Source of the DNA: Thermodesulfobacteriota bacterium
GTDB lineage: Bacteria > Desulfobacterota > Desulfobaccia > Desulfobaccales > 0-14-0-80-60-11
Assembly (NCBI GenBank): GCA_040757175.1
Contig: JBFLXM010000012.1
Location: forward strand, 15,806 to 79,805
DNA length: 64,000 nucleotides
Direction of reading: 5' to 3'
The notes beneath the pieces are model-generated. The model searched no databases. It had not been told where the DNA came from and saw only the letters and a program-made list of their open reading frames with translations. A program made the translations under genes and the position numbers. Positions 63,622-64,000 of this stretch are shown in pieces; position 1 is the stretch's first letter; each line of letters opens with the position of its first letter.

Positions 63622-64000
63622 ATGTCCAAAACGGTGAAATTGACTCCTCCTTTGACTGATAAAGACGTGGAAGTTCTGGAGATCGGCGACCGGGTGCTGG
63701 TCAGCGGGGTCATCTATACGGCCCGGGACGCGGCCCACAAACGTTTGGTGGATCTTCTGGCCGCGGGCCAGGTATTGCCGGTGGACTTTAAGGGCCAGAT
63801 CCTTTATTATGTGGGTCCCAGCCCCGCCCGGCCCGGCCGGGTCATCGGCGCCGCGGGTCCCACCACCAGTTACCGCATGGATTCTTATACCCCCACCATG
63901 CTGCAACTGGGGTGCAAGGCCATGATCGGCAAAGGCAAGCGCAGTCCCGAGGTTATCGCCGCGCTGCAACAATATAAAGCCGTGTACCTGGGGGCCACGG
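63622..64000 (+). CDS. Class I fumarate hydratase / tartrate dehydratase family, beta subunit (truncated by window end)
   Basis: ATG 63622, MSKTVKLTPPLT..LEIGDRVLVSGVIYTARDAAHKRL..YYVGP..AAGPTTSYRMD..MIGKG. Not in the supplied ORF track. Confidence 0.93.
   Translation, partial: MSKTVKLTPPLTDKDVEVLEIGDRVLVSGVIYTARDAAHKRLVDLLAAGQVLPVDFKGQILYYVGPSPARPGRVIGAAGPTTSYRMDSYTPTMLQLGCKAMIGKGKRSPEVIAALQQYKAVYLGAT

Noticed and set aside
1-64000. CRISPR array
   Set aside because: No run of equal-length direct repeats with unique spacers. The palindrome clusters at 13035-13157 are irregular REP-like units, and no cas genes are present.

Overview
GC-rich bacterial chromosome segment, most consistent with a sulfate-reducing Desulfobacterota (deltaproteobacterial) lineage; the taxon is an inference from gene content. 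Left end: C-terminus of a tyrosine integrase abutting the 3' end of tRNA-Glu(CTC), then LigD phosphoesterase, mobA and a MerR-CW regulator. A minus-strand envelope cluster follows: J-domain/TM/3x SmpA-like protein, TMTC-like GT-C glycosyltransferase-TPR, a 2500-aa repeat autotransporter and a lipoprotein. Next come a CHASE2 adenylate cyclase / exported protein / exported TPR-CHAT protease operon, a USP, and a long minus-strand signalling run (PstS-like binding protein, 14-PAS kinase, NtrC-type activator, sigma54 promoter, REC-degenerate kinase, CZB chemoreceptor, CheW). Then a SAM hydrolase-family gene with an in-frame amber codon, a ferritin-like/adenylate cyclase fusion, and the sat-aprBA-qmoABC dissimilatory sulfate-activation cluster with a TGTGAA-N4-TTCACA operator. 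The right part has more phosphorelay genes including a REC-cyclase, comM, cdd, PBP1A and a two-subunit fumarate hydratase. Intergenic regions carry many REP/MITE-like elements, including one asymmetric-ended family with three copies. No CRISPR array or rRNA was seen. All product calls come from recognisable motifs, not database searches.
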